A DNA stretch of 59,905 bases from a bacterium (GTDB lineage: Bacteria; Patescibacteriota; Saccharimonadia; Saccharimonadales; SZUA-47): contig JAUIBQ010000005.1 of NCBI GenBank assembly GCA_030427445.1, positions 1-59,905 of the forward strand, written 5' to 3'. This document shows, in pieces, positions 10,722-21,900 of the stretch; position 1 is the first letter of the stretch; every line of letters begins with the position of its first letter. A program made the position numbers and the translations under genes. The notes under the pieces were generated by a model. The model searched no databases, was not told the origin of the DNA, and saw nothing but the letters and a program-made list of their open reading frames with translations.

Positions 10722-10843
10722 GTAATCATCGTTTTATTTGCAACGGTCTAAGGTGTTGTCAGATCATTTTTTCTAGTAGTATTAGAACAATATCGAGGTG
10801 TTAGAAATTTGTTTATACAAAATTTACAACGATTTTGTAAGGG

Positions 10844-11953
10844 TTATTTGTGTGAGACTGCTTTTGCAATCGTGTTTATCATGCTGCTTCGGAAGTTTGT
10901 GATAGAAAAACGCTCTGCATTTTCTAGGAGTGCTTGGCGGTTGTAGAGCTTGTAGTTAAGGGACTTCATGGCAGAAGTAAGGGACTCGATGGATTGTTTT
11001 TCAAAGAATTCTCCAGTCACACCTTCTTCCACGATATCCAGAGCTCCACCAGCTCGATATGCGAGTACGGGCACTCCTGCGGCTTGTGCTTCTGCTGCGA
11101 CGATACCGAAGTCTTCAACATTGGGGAAGAGGAAAAACTCGGCCTTTGCTAATGTTTTTACGAGTTTATCGTGTTCAAGACGTCCAGGAAATGAAATAGT
11201 TGGGCCGGCCATCGCTTTAAGTCGTGGTGTCTCAGGACCAGAGCCAACAACTGTCAGTGGAACTTGGAGTTCATTGCATGCTTTGATGGCTAAGTCGAAG
11301 CGTTTGTGAGCAACGTGTCGGCCATAGACGATAAAACCTGAGCGTTTTTCCTCTGGCTTTGCGTGGAAAGCCTCAGTATCCACTGGAGGGAAAACGACGT
11401 CTGCGTCTTTTTTGTAGTATTTTTTAATATCATTTTTGATATGTGTAGAGTTGGCGATGAAATAATCAACATGTTGAGCTGCTTTAAAGTCCGATTTCCT
11501 CAGTGGCTTGAATAGCAATTTAAGTCCTACTCGAACTATTGGGTCGAATGCTCCGAACCCTGGGCGGTTCATATACTCATCATATTTTGCCCATAGGTAG
11601 TGAGGGGGTGTATGACAGTAGTTGATATGGATCTGCTCAGATCGGCGCTTTTTGACTTGCTTTGCGTGGCCTGAACCGCTAGAGCTTATGATGATGTCGT
11701 ACTCTGAGAGATTGAGGGATTTAAACCACCAGATTTGCAGGACAGACGTGAAGCGTCGGAGTTTATTAAATGGCCATTTTTGCAAATAGCCAGTGACGAC
11801 CATGTTATCTAACTTTTTACGCCATTCGTCAGAGCAGTAACTCGTGTAGATTGGTGCTTCTGGGTAGAGGACGTGGAGCTGCTCAACGACTTTTTCTGCA
11901 CCACCGCCATACAACCAATCGTGTATGATGACGACGTTGCTAGTCGTTTTCAT
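10844..11953 (-). CDS. Glycosyltransferase family 4 (WbaZ-like mannosyltransferase)
   Basis: HDWL..GGAE, YCHTP and EDFGIVAAEAQAAG motifs. Confidence 0.9.
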   Translation of the reverse strand: MKTTSNVVIIHDWLYGGGAEKVVEQLHVLYPEAPIYTSYCSDEWRKKLDNMVVTGYLQKWPFNKLRRFTSVLQIWWFKSLNLSEYDIIISSSGSGHAKQVKKRRSEQIHINYCHTPPHYLWAKYDEYMNRPGFGAFDPIVRVGLKLLFKPLRKSDFKAAQHVDYFIANSTHIKNDIKKYYKKDADVVFPPVDTEAFHAKPEEKRSGFIVYGRHVAHKRFDLAIKACNELQVPLTVVGSGPETPRLKAMAGPTISFPGRLEHDKLVKTLAKAEFFLFPNVEDFGIVAAEAQAAGVPVLAYRAGGALDIVEEGVTGEFFEKQSIESLTSAMKSLNYKLYNRQALLENAERFSITNFRSSMINTIAKAVSHK

Positions 11954-13385
11954 TGCTGAAAATCCTGTTTAGTACTTGTGCGAATGTTTTGCCGAGGATA
12001 ATGACGTCGAGCAAGAAGCTCCAGTTTTGTGCGTAGTACATGTCCAGACGGCGGCGCTCTTCAAAGTCTATGTTCTTACGACCTGAGACAACTGCCAGCC
12101 CTGTGATGCCAGGCTTTACACTCAATATGACGTTCTTCTTTTTGTAATAATCCATCTCCTCGGGTACGAGCGGGCGAGGACCGACGAGCGACAAGTCACC
12201 CTTAAGCACATTAAAAAGCTGAGGCAATTCATCGAGTGATGTTTTGCGCAGGAATTTACCAATTTTACTCACGCGAGGATCGTTATCAAGTCGGTCTCCG
12301 TTCGCTCGGTATTCTTTGGCTAGCTCTGGTTTGCCAAGCTTTGTAAATGCTTCTTCTGGCGTAAGTCCGCTTAGTCCATTTACATGAGTTCTGAACTTAA
12401 ATAGTTTTATCTTCGAGTTGTAGCGTGACAGTCTGGTTTGCCTAAATACAGCTTTGCCGTCTCCAATAATTGTAATCATAAGCCATATCAACGCTAGGAA
12501 AGGTAACGCGAATATCGTGACGATTACCCCTACCGAGAAATCAAACAAACGTTTAAAGATTCTACCCCAGCCTGTAAGCGGTGTTTGGTGCACGCTAATT
12601 GTTGGGATGTTTTGGAAGAGTTCAACTTCAAGGTTTCCAACAAACAATTTACTATTGCCGGGTACGAAACGGTAGCCAATATGGTTTGTCTGAGCGAAAG
12701 TGAGTATCTCGTCGTTTTTCTGCTCATCGGAGTAAAGTTCAGTTTGAATAATGGCATGGATGGATGGTGTGTGGAGTGTTTCGATAGCTTGCTCAAACGT
12801 TGCGAAATGCTTGTTATCAGAAAGATGTTCTACGGTAGTTCGGCGATTTGCAACTACACCGACGACTTTGTAACCTCCACTTTGATTTTGGAGATTGAGC
12901 AAAAGTTCATCTGTAATATTTGTGTTACCGACAACAAGGAGATTTGTAACACCACGGCCTGCACGGTATCTGAAACGGAAAATGATACGAATCAGCGTGC
13001 GGAAGAATAGTGTAAGAATAAATGAGAGTGCGAGGCCGTAGACGACCACTAGTCGAGCTGGGAAAATTGCACGGTCGAGAATGTACTCAGCAGAAATCAA
13101 AAACTGAATACCAATAACTGAACCGACAAGCAGTAATGCTGCTTCACGGATGCGGTTATCAAAGTTACTGGTGCGATATAGGCCAAGCAGCGCAAAGATG
13201 AAAATCCACACACCCAAGAGTAGAGCGATGATAAGGGCATACTCATTTGCAGCGACGGTCTCAACGAGTGAGCGATCGTCGATTTTCACTCGGATAATGT
13301 ATGCTCCAATAAATGAAAGAAGTAGGGCGGTAAAGTCACTTATGAGAAGAGTGATGTTGTAGAGTAAAGAGTTAGCGCGTTTCAT
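11940..13385 (-). CDS. Priming polyprenyl-phosphate sugar phosphotransferase (WcaJ/WbaP-like)
   Basis: N-terminal TMs; KRLFD, KFRT, LRKTSLDELPQLFNVLKGDLSLVGPRP and KPGITG motifs. Confidence 0.93.
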   Translation of the reverse strand: MKRANSLLYNITLLISDFTALLLSFIGAYIIRVKIDDRSLVETVAANEYALIIALLLGVWIFIFALLGLYRTSNFDNRIREAALLLVGSVIGIQFLISAEYILDRAIFPARLVVVYGLALSFILTLFFRTLIRIIFRFRYRAGRGVTNLLVVGNTNITDELLLNLQNQSGGYKVVGVVANRRTTVEHLSDNKHFATFEQAIETLHTPSIHAIIQTELYSDEQKNDEILTFAQTNHIGYRFVPGNSKLFVGNLEVELFQNIPTISVHQTPLTGWGRIFKRLFDFSVGVIVTIFALPFLALIWLMITIIGDGKAVFRQTRLSRYNSKIKLFKFRTHVNGLSGLTPEEAFTKLGKPELAKEYRANGDRLDNDPRVSKIGKFLRKTSLDELPQLFNVLKGDLSLVGPRPLVPEEMDYYKKKNVILSVKPGITGLAVVSGRKNIDFEERRRLDMYYAQNWSFLLDVIILGKTFAQVLNRIFSNEND

Positions 13386-13492
13386 CGTGTTGAGGTCTAT
13401 TTTAACAGATTGCTTGCTTAGGAATTAGACTATTCCCTTTTAGTGTTTGCTTTTTGTTCGAGGGAGGGGTAGACTAACCATAAGCAAAAAAT

Positions 13493-13960
13493 ATGAAAAT
13501 TACTAAAAAAAACAAAAAATTACTTATCCAGTTCGCGGAATATATGGTTAGTGGCGGAGTCTGGTTTTGGTCTGGTTATGTATTAATTATTCTACTTGAT
13601 GAGCCACTAGGCTTGTTTTGGGCAAACCTGATTGGAAATGCAGTCGGTATCACACTTAACTTTACTATAAATCGACTGTGGGTATTTAATACGAAGCGGC
13701 CTGAAGAGCTTCATGAAACTGCGGGTCGATACATTGTCTACACAGCACTTAACGCGTTCTTGCTTAACTATTTGATTTTGTACGCGCTTGAAGAATACGT
13801 GGGATTGGGTCCGGAGATAGGACAGTTTATCGCGAGTGGATTCTTCACGATTTGGAACTATTTCTGGTACAAGGTATGGGTGTTCAAGGGCAAGCCAAAA
13901 CCTAAAGGGAAAATTGTACGAAGAGATAAGGCTAAGCGCAAAAGAAAGGCAAAACGATGA
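13493..13960 (+). CDS. GtrA-family flippase-like membrane protein
   Basis: Four TMs; NFTINRLWVF and WNYFWYKVWVF motifs; basic C-terminal tail. Confidence 0.85.
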   Translation: MKITKKNKKLLIQFAEYMVSGGVWFWSGYVLIILLDEPLGLFWANLIGNAVGITLNFTINRLWVFNTKRPEELHETAGRYIVYTALNAFLLNYLILYALEEYVGLGPEIGQFIASGFFTIWNYFWYKVWVFKGKPKPKGKIVRRDKAKRKRKAKR

Positions 13961-14388
13961 GCGAGTCAAAAAAACGACCAACAAAGAAACAATACGAACT
14001 ACTTTCGTTTATAGATGAGTTCATCAAAGAGCACGGCTATAGCCCGAGTTATCGAGAGATCATGCGCGGATGTAATTACACATCAGTTGCGACTGTTGCA
14101 CTGCATGTCGGAAACCTAGTTAAGCGTGGTCATATAGTCAAGAAAGATAACTCCGCACGCTCGCTTGAAGTCGTGAAAAGCGATGAAACTGCGCAGAATA
14201 TCGTGCAAAAAGAAGTTGACCACGCCAAGAAGCTTGTTGAAGAGATTGAGAAGCGATTGAAGCAGTTCGAGCAAGAAGCTTCTCAGGAAGTGTTGGATGA
14301 AGTCTATGTGCTAGTCGGAGCTCTGAAGGTGCTCGGTCATGACGACCACGCATACGAGTTCGCGACGGAGCTACATAAACTAAAGTAA
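13957..14388 (+). CDS. LexA-type winged-helix DNA-binding protein lacking the S24 peptidase domain
   Basis: TKKQ..LL.FI...GYSPSYREI..S.ATV..H...L..RG N-domain; helical C-terminus without an Ala-Gly site or Ser/Lys dyad. Confidence 0.8.
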   Translation: MSESKKRPTKKQYELLSFIDEFIKEHGYSPSYREIMRGCNYTSVATVALHVGNLVKRGHIVKKDNSARSLEVVKSDETAQNIVQKEVDHAKKLVEEIEKRLKQFEQEASQEVLDEVYVLVGALKVLGHDDHAYEFATELHKLK

Positions 14389-14403
14389 GTAATAGAAGTA
14401 TAC

Positions 14404-14880
14404 TTACTGGCAATTGGCGATTGAGCTAAATTGTGTTGAGCCTGAAGGCCAAGAACTTAGAAAGAAACCATTTAGCCGGTAGTAATGTGCTGAATCCCAA
14501 ATTAAGTAATCGTTATGGATTTGTGACGCATATGCTTGTCCCGATTTCCATTGGCCATTATCTGCTGGTCCAGCAGTCAACTGTCCTACGGAGCCAACTC
14601 CTGGGCGGTAAATGCTAGAGTTGAATCGAACACTGGTGTAAGTTACTGAGCTAGTTGGTGAATTTGATAAGAGTGCTACTCGGACATCCCATAGTGGGCC
14701 AAATCCTGAGTTTACGTATTTTTTACATATAAGCGTCAAGCCGGCATGTGAGTCATTTAGTGTCGTCCAGCCTGCTATTGCAGAGGTTTTACTTTGATAA
14801 ATAAGTAACGAAGATGCCATCATTAATAGACTGACTACGATAAACAGTACACCTTTATTTAGTTTATATGCTGCGTGCAT
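14404..14880 (-). CDS. Hypothetical secreted protein
   Basis: N-terminal signal/TM segment; strong AGGAGG RBS; two Cys. Confidence 0.65.
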   Translation of the reverse strand: MHAAYKLNKGVLFIVVSLLMMASSLLIYQSKTSAIAGWTTLNDSHAGLTLICKKYVNSGFGPLWDVRVALLSNSPTSSVTYTSVRFNSSIYRPGVGSVGQLTAGPADNGQWKSGQAYASQIHNDYLIWDSAHYYRLNGFFLSSWPSGSTQFSSIANCQ

Positions 14881-14998
14881 TATGCCTCCTCTTTTAATAT
14901 CCTTACACTTACTTTATAAAAATTGTAATTCTGTAACCGTGATGTTTGTTACATAATCAATAATTCTGCTATTCTCAGACAATAAATAGGGGTAAAAG

Positions 14999-15712
14999 TT
15001 GAAGAGAGAAATTATGCGGAAGAGAAGAGTGGTTGCCTTTTTTGTGCTTGCTATCGTGTTTTTGTTGAGTGTGTTTGCCTCAAATCCTGCTCCAGTTGAA
15101 AGCCCTGTTAAACAGGAGATAAACGATGTATTGGCTGCACAAAGTGAATTGGCGAGTGATGTTCTTGATAGTTTGGAAGTAAAGGGTAGAGCGCCGAAGA
15201 CAGGGTATTCACGCGGTCAGTTTACTGACGGCTGGGCGACGATTGATGGTTGTGATGTGAGGAATCGAATTCTGAGTGCTCAGCTTATGCAAATCGAGAT
15301 AGATGAAGATGAGTGTTCTGTGCTAGCCGGTGTTCTCGATGACCCGTATTCAGGTAATCAACAGGTTTTTATCCGTGGGGAGATGACGAGCTCCAAAGTG
15401 CAGATAGACCATGTCGTCGCACTGAGCGATGCGTGGCAGAAAGGTGCACAGGAAATAACTGATTTAGAGCGACTGGCATTTGCTAATGATTCTCTTAATC
15501 TTTTAGCAGTGAACGGTCCACTTAACCAACAGAAAGGCGACTCAGATGCTGCGAGCTGGTTGCCACCCAACACTTCGTTTCGGTGTCAGTATGTTGCACG
15601 ACAGATTGCTGTGAAAGCGAAGTATCACCTTTGGGTAACAGACGCCGAGCAAGCAAGTATGAGACGAGTGTTAAACAATTGTCCGGAGCAAGTATTGCCA
15701 TATGCTGAGTGA
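14999..15712 (+). CDS. Exported HNH endonuclease (DUF1524-like)
   Basis: N-terminal TM; GYSR..F, CDVRNRIL, QIDHVVAL..AW, NLLAV...NQQKGD and WLP motifs. Confidence 0.88.
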   Translation: MKREIMRKRRVVAFFVLAIVFLLSVFASNPAPVESPVKQEINDVLAAQSELASDVLDSLEVKGRAPKTGYSRGQFTDGWATIDGCDVRNRILSAQLMQIEIDEDECSVLAGVLDDPYSGNQQVFIRGEMTSSKVQIDHVVALSDAWQKGAQEITDLERLAFANDSLNLLAVNGPLNQQKGDSDAASWLPPNTSFRCQYVARQIAVKAKYHLWVTDAEQASMRRVLNNCPEQVLPYAE

Positions 15713-17168
15713 GTTTCTTGAGAAGAAGCTTCACATTTCTTGGGTTATAACATTTGGTGCACTCGCGTTTCTTTTCGGTGTGATACTTTCTCTTGTATTT
15801 AGCGGGTTTGGATCAGTTGAGTGGCTGGTAATATCACTTTGCTTGCTGGGTATTTCACTCATAAAACCAACAATACTAAAAATAGTATCTGTAGTTTTGG
15901 GTGGATTATTGTTTGGACTTTACCGAGGTGGCGTAGAACTTGAAGTTCGTAGCGGATTAGACATATATTTTAATGAAACGGTCATCATAGAAGGGTTTGT
16001 GTCAGATGATCCAACTATCGCGCTTGATGGGGACACGAGACTTGTAGTGGATGTCGTGAGTATAGATGATGAACAAGTGCCTGCAGAGCTATGGGTGTCC
16101 GTACCTCAAACTTCTACAGAGTTACCCGATGTGAAACGCTCCGATACGATACGATTTCAAGGGAGAATCGAACCTGGATTCGGTACATTTGAAGGAGCGG
16201 TATATCGTGCTAATTTAATCGCAGTAGTGAGAACTCCTTACATCGATGTTGCACGTGATGTTCGTGATGACTTCGCTTCACATGTAAGCGAGCAGGTGAC
16301 GAGTCCAGAGAGTGACTTAGGAAACGGATTTTTGCTAGGGACTAAAACCAGGTTACCTGAAAAGCTGGATCAGGATTTGCGTATGCTAGGACTTACGCAT
16401 ATCGTCGTGGCAAGTGGATACAACCTCACTATTTTGGTGCGTCTTTCGCGTAGAGTGATGATGCGCATCTCGCGGTTTGCCGCATTTGCTGGATCTATAG
16501 GATTGGTAATTGCATTTGCTCATGTGACTGGCTGGTCGCCGAGTATGACACGAGCCGCGATGATTACGCTGCTAAGTCTCATAACTTGGTATTACGGGCG
16601 GAAGGCACATCCGTTTACGCTATTGTCGATAGTGGCAGCTGTAAGTGTATTTCTAAAGCCGAGCTATGCGTGGGGAGATATCGGATGGCTACTTTCATTC
16701 CTGTCGTTTACAGGTGTAATTATCCTTTCGCCGATGCTCCATCTTTATTTCTGGGGTAACACAGCTGGAAATACAGTGAGGCAAATACTTATCGAAACGT
16801 TTTCAGCGCAATTATTAACAGCACCATTGATAATTTTCGTGTTTGGGCAATATTCGACACTAGCACTCGTCGCTAACTTGCTGGTCTTACCATTTATCCC
16901 AATGGCTATGTTGTTTACGTTCGTTGCAGGTGTGTTTGGGTATCTGTCATTAGGATTTTTGAATACAGTTATCGCTTTCCCCGCACAAGTACTATTAACG
17001 TATATCGTGAGCGCAGTCGAGTGGCTGTCCCGGTTCCCAATAGCTAGACAAGAAGTTTCGCTTTCCGTGACAGGTTTAGTAATCGTTTATATGTCAATGA
17101 TATTGTTTATGGTATTTTTATATAAACGCACTAATCATCATTTGGGTGAGTATAACGTTATCGAGTAA
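15702..17168 (+). CDS. comEC: ComEC/Rec2 DNA-uptake channel (no metallo-beta-lactamase domain)
   Basis: GLTHIVVASGYN, SPSMTRAA, GWLLSF and ANLL motifs; OB-like DUF4131 region. Confidence 0.9.
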   Translation: MLSEFLEKKLHISWVITFGALAFLFGVILSLVFSGFGSVEWLVISLCLLGISLIKPTILKIVSVVLGGLLFGLYRGGVELEVRSGLDIYFNETVIIEGFVSDDPTIALDGDTRLVVDVVSIDDEQVPAELWVSVPQTSTELPDVKRSDTIRFQGRIEPGFGTFEGAVYRANLIAVVRTPYIDVARDVRDDFASHVSEQVTSPESDLGNGFLLGTKTRLPEKLDQDLRMLGLTHIVVASGYNLTILVRLSRRVMMRISRFAAFAGSIGLVIAFAHVTGWSPSMTRAAMITLLSLITWYYGRKAHPFTLLSIVAAVSVFLKPSYAWGDIGWLLSFLSFTGVIILSPMLHLYFWGNTAGNTVRQILIETFSAQLLTAPLIIFVFGQYSTLALVANLLVLPFIPMAMLFTFVAGVFGYLSLGFLNTVIAFPAQVLLTYIVSAVEWLSRFPIARQEVSLSVTGLVIVYMSMILFMVFLYKRTNHHLGEYNVIE

Positions 17169-17179
17169 AGAAGGTAGAA

Positions 17180-18898
17180 ATGGTTAGAAGAATCACATTT
17201 TTGTCGATTGTAACTACATTTATTCTTACTTTTGTACTCACGACTCTCTCTGTCGTAGTTGTTTCTGCATCTGAAGCCGATGAAAAAACGCTCTTAATCT
17301 ACGAACTTCAAACAGGATCCCCTAGCAGTGCATCCAGTGAATTTATTTCAGTTGTAAATGCCTCTACCAAGCCGCAACGACTTAACGGTCTGTGCGTGCA
17401 TTATTCCGCAGCAACTTCTGAATCATGGGTACAGCGAGCGTGTTTTACTGATGAAGACGAGTACACACAACTATGGATTGTAGCTGGTGGTGTTGCGTAT
17501 CTAACAAGTGACGAATTCATTGCTGAAAACATCGGTTTTCTGCGAGACGCGGCACTGAGTGGTGCGATGGCTGCGAGTAGTGGAGCGGTGAAGCTCACAC
17601 AACATACTCAAGATTTAGACGTGGTCGGTTGGGGAGCGAGCAACTATTTTGAGACTGCTTCATCTAGCGTGCCATCGAATGCACAGTTATTGAGAAGAAT
17701 TGTTAATCAAACGACGCTTCAAGATACTGACGATAATAGTTTTGATTTCGTATTGATGCCGCAAGGAATCGCTGCAAGTAGCGGTGTGTTTGAGGTAGAA
17801 ATTCCAAGAGATGTGTGCGCAAATATTGAAGGTTTACAGACCGAAGTACCTGAGAGTTTTGAAGTAATTGAAGGCAGCTGCCTACAAGATATCTGTACAA
17901 ATATAGTAGGATTTCAAGAGTCAACTGAAGGGTATGAGGTCAATGGTGAAGGTCTATGTGTTGAGGTTGAGCTTGAAGGCTCCACTATCGAGATAACTGA
18001 ACTTTTGCCAAACGTGAGTGGTGCTGATGGTGGAAAAGAATTTATCGAACTACACAACCCAAACGATTTCGTAGTCAATTTAGAGGGCTACTCGCTTGTA
18101 CTCGGAAGCAAGAGTTACGTGTTATCAAGCGTCGTTCTGTCTCCTGGCGACTATATTGCACTCTATGACTCTGATTCTGGGCTGGTCTTGCCTAATACGA
18201 CCGGCGAGGAAGTTGTGCTGTTTGCTCAAAATGGTGATGAAGTGTCAAGATCTTCAACGTATACAAATGCACCAGATGACTACTCATGGATAATGATATC
18301 CGGGCAATGGCAATTTTCTAATCAACCAACTCCCGGAGGCACAAATAAAGTTTCCCTTAGTACTAGCAGTAGCGTAGGAGGCGAAGAAGCTGAAAATGTG
18401 CTAGCTGATTGTCCAGACGGTAAGTTTAGGAATCCACTCACGAATCGATGTAAAAATATCGAAAGTGCATCGAATAGTTTGGTGCCTTGCGATACAGATG
18501 AGTACAGAAACCCAGCTACAAATCGGTGCAACAAGCTTAGCTCATCAACAAGCTCTCTAAAGCCATGTGCAGCAAACCAAGAACGTAACCCCGAGACAAA
18601 TCGCTGTCGAGCAATAAGTTCAAGTGATAATTTAGAGCCTTGCGAAGAGGGTAAGGAGCGTAACCCAGAAACAAATCGCTGTCGCACCGTTGCAACACTC
18701 GCATCAGTAGATGTGGACGGCAGTGGACCAGCACTTACCGCAACAATCGTCGATGTGCCAACTCCAAATACAGGAGTAAATTGGGCGGTCATTTCTTTAG
18801 CGATAATAGGTTCGATTGCATACATTATGTATGAATGGCGAGAAGAGCTTAATAAAACGATGCTGAAAATCAGGTCTGCTGGCGTGTTCAATAAATAA
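17180..18898 (+). CDS. Membrane-anchored lamin-tail-domain (x2) protein with Cys-rich repeats
   Basis: IYEL...SEFISVVN and ITELLPN...EFIELHN...PTPG LTD motifs; C-terminal TM. Confidence 0.8.
   Translation: MVRRITFLSIVTTFILTFVLTTLSVVVVSASEADEKTLLIYELQTGSPSSASSEFISVVNASTKPQRLNGLCVHYSAATSESWVQRACFTDEDEYTQLWIVAGGVAYLTSDEFIAENIGFLRDAALSGAMAASSGAVKLTQHTQDLDVVGWGASNYFETASSSVPSNAQLLRRIVNQTTLQDTDDNSFDFVLMPQGIAASSGVFEVEIPRDVCANIEGLQTEVPESFEVIEGSCLQDICTNIVGFQESTEGYEVNGEGLCVEVELEGSTIEITELLPNVSGADGGKEFIELHNPNDFVVNLEGYSLVLGSKSYVLSSVVLSPGDYIALYDSDSGLVLPNTTGEEVVLFAQNGDEVSRSSTYTNAPDDYSWIMISGQWQFSNQPTPGGTNKVSLSTSSSVGGEEAENVLADCPDGKFRNPLTNRCKNIESASNSLVPCDTDEYRNPATNRCNKLSSSTSSLKPCAANQERNPETNRCRAISSSDNLEPCEEGKERNPETNRCRTVATLASVDVDGSGPALTATIVDVPTPNTGVNWAVISLAIIGSIAYIMYEWREELNKTMLKIRSAGVFNK
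18410..18685 (+). repeat. Four ~25-aa coding repeats C-x5-RNP-x-TNRC
   Basis: CPDGKFRNPLTNRC, CDTDEYRNPATNRC, CAANQERNPETNRC, CEEGKERNPETNRC. Confidence 0.9.
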
Positions 18899-18964
18899 AT
18901 GCAAAAAAAGCTTGTGTTTTGAATAAAACAGCATTATGATGCTGGCAGAGAGTCAAGACTTAAC

Positions 18965-21900
18965 ATGAAACTATTTAAGAAACGTAACAAAACGTTTAGT
19001 AAGAAATTTTTTAATACTAAAAAAGCACTCATATTTGTGGGGCTTTTTGCACTTATCGGAGTAGGCTTCATTTTTAATAGTTTAGCAGCAACAAGCTTGA
19101 CGATTGATTCAAGTCTGCCCGTACCGCAAAATGTACGAGCATTTCCAGATGATAAAAATATTATTGTTACTTGGGACAATATGCAGCACCCAAATGTCAA
19201 TACTCGAGTAGTTGGGTACTACATTACGTATAGAGAAAAAGGAACGAGCGAGTGGAAAGTAGCTCAACAGCAGGTAAATCGAGACACAAAATATAACATC
19301 GATTATCAAACTGCCGTGCAGCTGCAACCACTAAAAAATGGCACGCAGTATGAGATTCGTGTTCAAAGTGTCAGTGGTACAGCGCAATCTTATAGAAACG
19401 GCACATATTCTGCTCATCCAAATGATTCAAGTACTTTTTATAGGGGAGATGGACGTGTCTCTAATGTAAGTAACACAATAACTTCAACTCCTAGCAGTGC
19501 TCGTGTCGATGACATGAGAAACCGTTTAACAGGATTTTTTGATGATTTCGAGCGTCCTGCTGGTCCTTTTGATGAGTTGAAATGGAATAATGCTACGACA
19601 GCATGTATCGTTCCAGGGACAGCCGCAGCATTTCTCAATGACCAGTTCCATACCCACAATCAAATCCGCTCATTATGTGATCGCGCAGGCATGGCGTCAC
19701 GTCCTCGTGCAACATTCGATATCTCAAATGCAACTGAGTCAAACCCAGCTATCATACAGTTCGATATAGATGGTGCAAGTCAGCCTCGAGATACATGGTA
19801 TCTAGATTTTATACCTTTGAGCGCTCGACCTCAGACGAACTTACCTATAGATATAACTTCTCATAATGATCTGTTTGATGGTGATTCTGAGGATCCGGGT
19901 AATATGGTACGTATCAATGCGAAGTTAGACGATGTTGATTTTACTTATTACCAGCCAAATCGTTCACCTGGAGGCTTGAGTGATGCTAGTCAGAGTGGAC
20001 TCCCTTCTCCGAGCATGCGAAGCCCACTTCCAGTACCTGATCTCCCGCCTACAGCGATACCAAATGTTAGGAATCATTGGCTGATAGAGGTAACTCCAAC
20101 ACGAATGAGAGTGATAATTAATGGTCAGGTCGTGGCTACGAAAGCGTTGCCAACTGCATTCACTTCTCAGAAGAAATTCACCTTGCATAGTACGATATTT
20201 TCGTACAACACAGGAAAGCAGTATTACCAAGTTACTCCGTTTGTTCAACTCTTCCACTGGGATAATTTTGGATTTAGCGGCCCTGCACCAACTGAAGTTA
20301 TACACAACTATTTAGAAGGTGGTCCGAGTGGTGATACGCCAGTCTTTTCTACGACATACGACACAAATAAATCTATACCTGAAAAATCTAGAACTACAGT
20401 CATCCCAATACCTGACAACATTGGAAATTTGAAGAACGGCAAGGCTCGACTGTACTTCACGATGCAAGATTTATCGAACCTAAGCTACGATCCATATAAC
20501 TGGTCTAGTAGCCAAAATATTGTAGTGAACGGTAAATCATATGCATTCCCTGACCCACGTCTAAACATGAATAATCCTAAGCCATATCCGCCAAGCAACT
20601 TTGACGGTATCGTAGGTGGTTATGTACCCATGTCGACGGCGATTGAGATTAATCAAGCCGACCTTATCAAAGGCGATAATACCGTTCGTTTCAATTTAGG
20701 AAATTCTAGTGTGCTAAACGTGCACTTGGAGTTGCCGTATGACACGTCAAATCCAAATATACCAAACTACACACAGCCTCTAGAGGTGTTCGGTAGCAAG
20801 TACTCCGAAATTGTAAGACCACCACTTACAGTATGTGATAAGTACTGGTTTATTGAGCGTGATCTCGGCTTACCTTATGAAGTAGGGAAAAATAATCTCG
20901 ATGTGACCAAGGGGTGTGCGATGCTTAACGGACACTCGAACACTACTCCTGATCCAGGGGAGGAGCACGACCCAACTCCAACAAATGCTTCACCGACAGG
21001 AACACTAAACACGTCTGTTTCAAGTGCAACTGCTCCAGCTAGCTACACAGTTATTGCGAATGGTAGTGATTCAGACGGCTCGGTATCAAAAATTGAGATT
21101 AGAGAGAATGGTGCATCGGTACGGACATGTAACAACGCTACATCTTGCTCGTTTAACGCGAGCAATAAACAAACTGCAACATATTCTTACAACGCAGTCA
21201 TTACTGATGACGATGGTGCAACCACAACTACTAGCACGAGGACTGTAACCGTCTCAGCTCCGACGCCGCCACCTACGTCAAATAGATTCCAAACACTGCC
21301 GGTAAATGCAAGCTTGCCTAGTGATGCAGAATGCTCATCACGAGTCCGCAGCGTGGCAGAGATTAGACCAGCAAACGCCGTACCGAACAGTACAAGAGGT
21401 GTTGGCGGTAACTACATTAACCAGCGTGTGACTGGAAACTATACCGGTACAACAGATGAAATCATCCAGTGGGCTGCATGTAAATGGGGTATGGATGAGG
21501 ATATCCTACGTGCGCAGATGGTCCAGGAATCATACTGGCATCAATCAGCTATTGGAGACTTCACGAATCAAGGACAAAGCTATTGTTCTCCGATTTATCC
21601 TGTTGGTTCATATTCACCTCAGTATAACGGTGACAACAATCACACAAATGAGTGCCCAGAAAGCTACGGACTATCTCAGGTTCGGTGGACGTATCACAAG
21701 TCAGGATTCTACAGCAGCACAAACGAATCACAGGCTAATCTGACGAATAATGCCATCTATTCAACAGCATACAACGTAGACTATTGGGGTTCCGTTTGGA
21801 GGACTTGCTATAACGGTGATTATGGTTGGTTAAATACAGTTGAAAAGGGCAGAGACTATGCAGCCGGAGATGAGTGGGGGTGTCTTGGTATGTGGTTCTC

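Noticed and set aside
10113-10843. glmS ribozyme
   Set aside because: The upstream region is occupied by an ORF and no ribozyme core is recognisable.
13957-14388. Canonical lexA
   Set aside because: No S24 peptidase domain or cleavage site.
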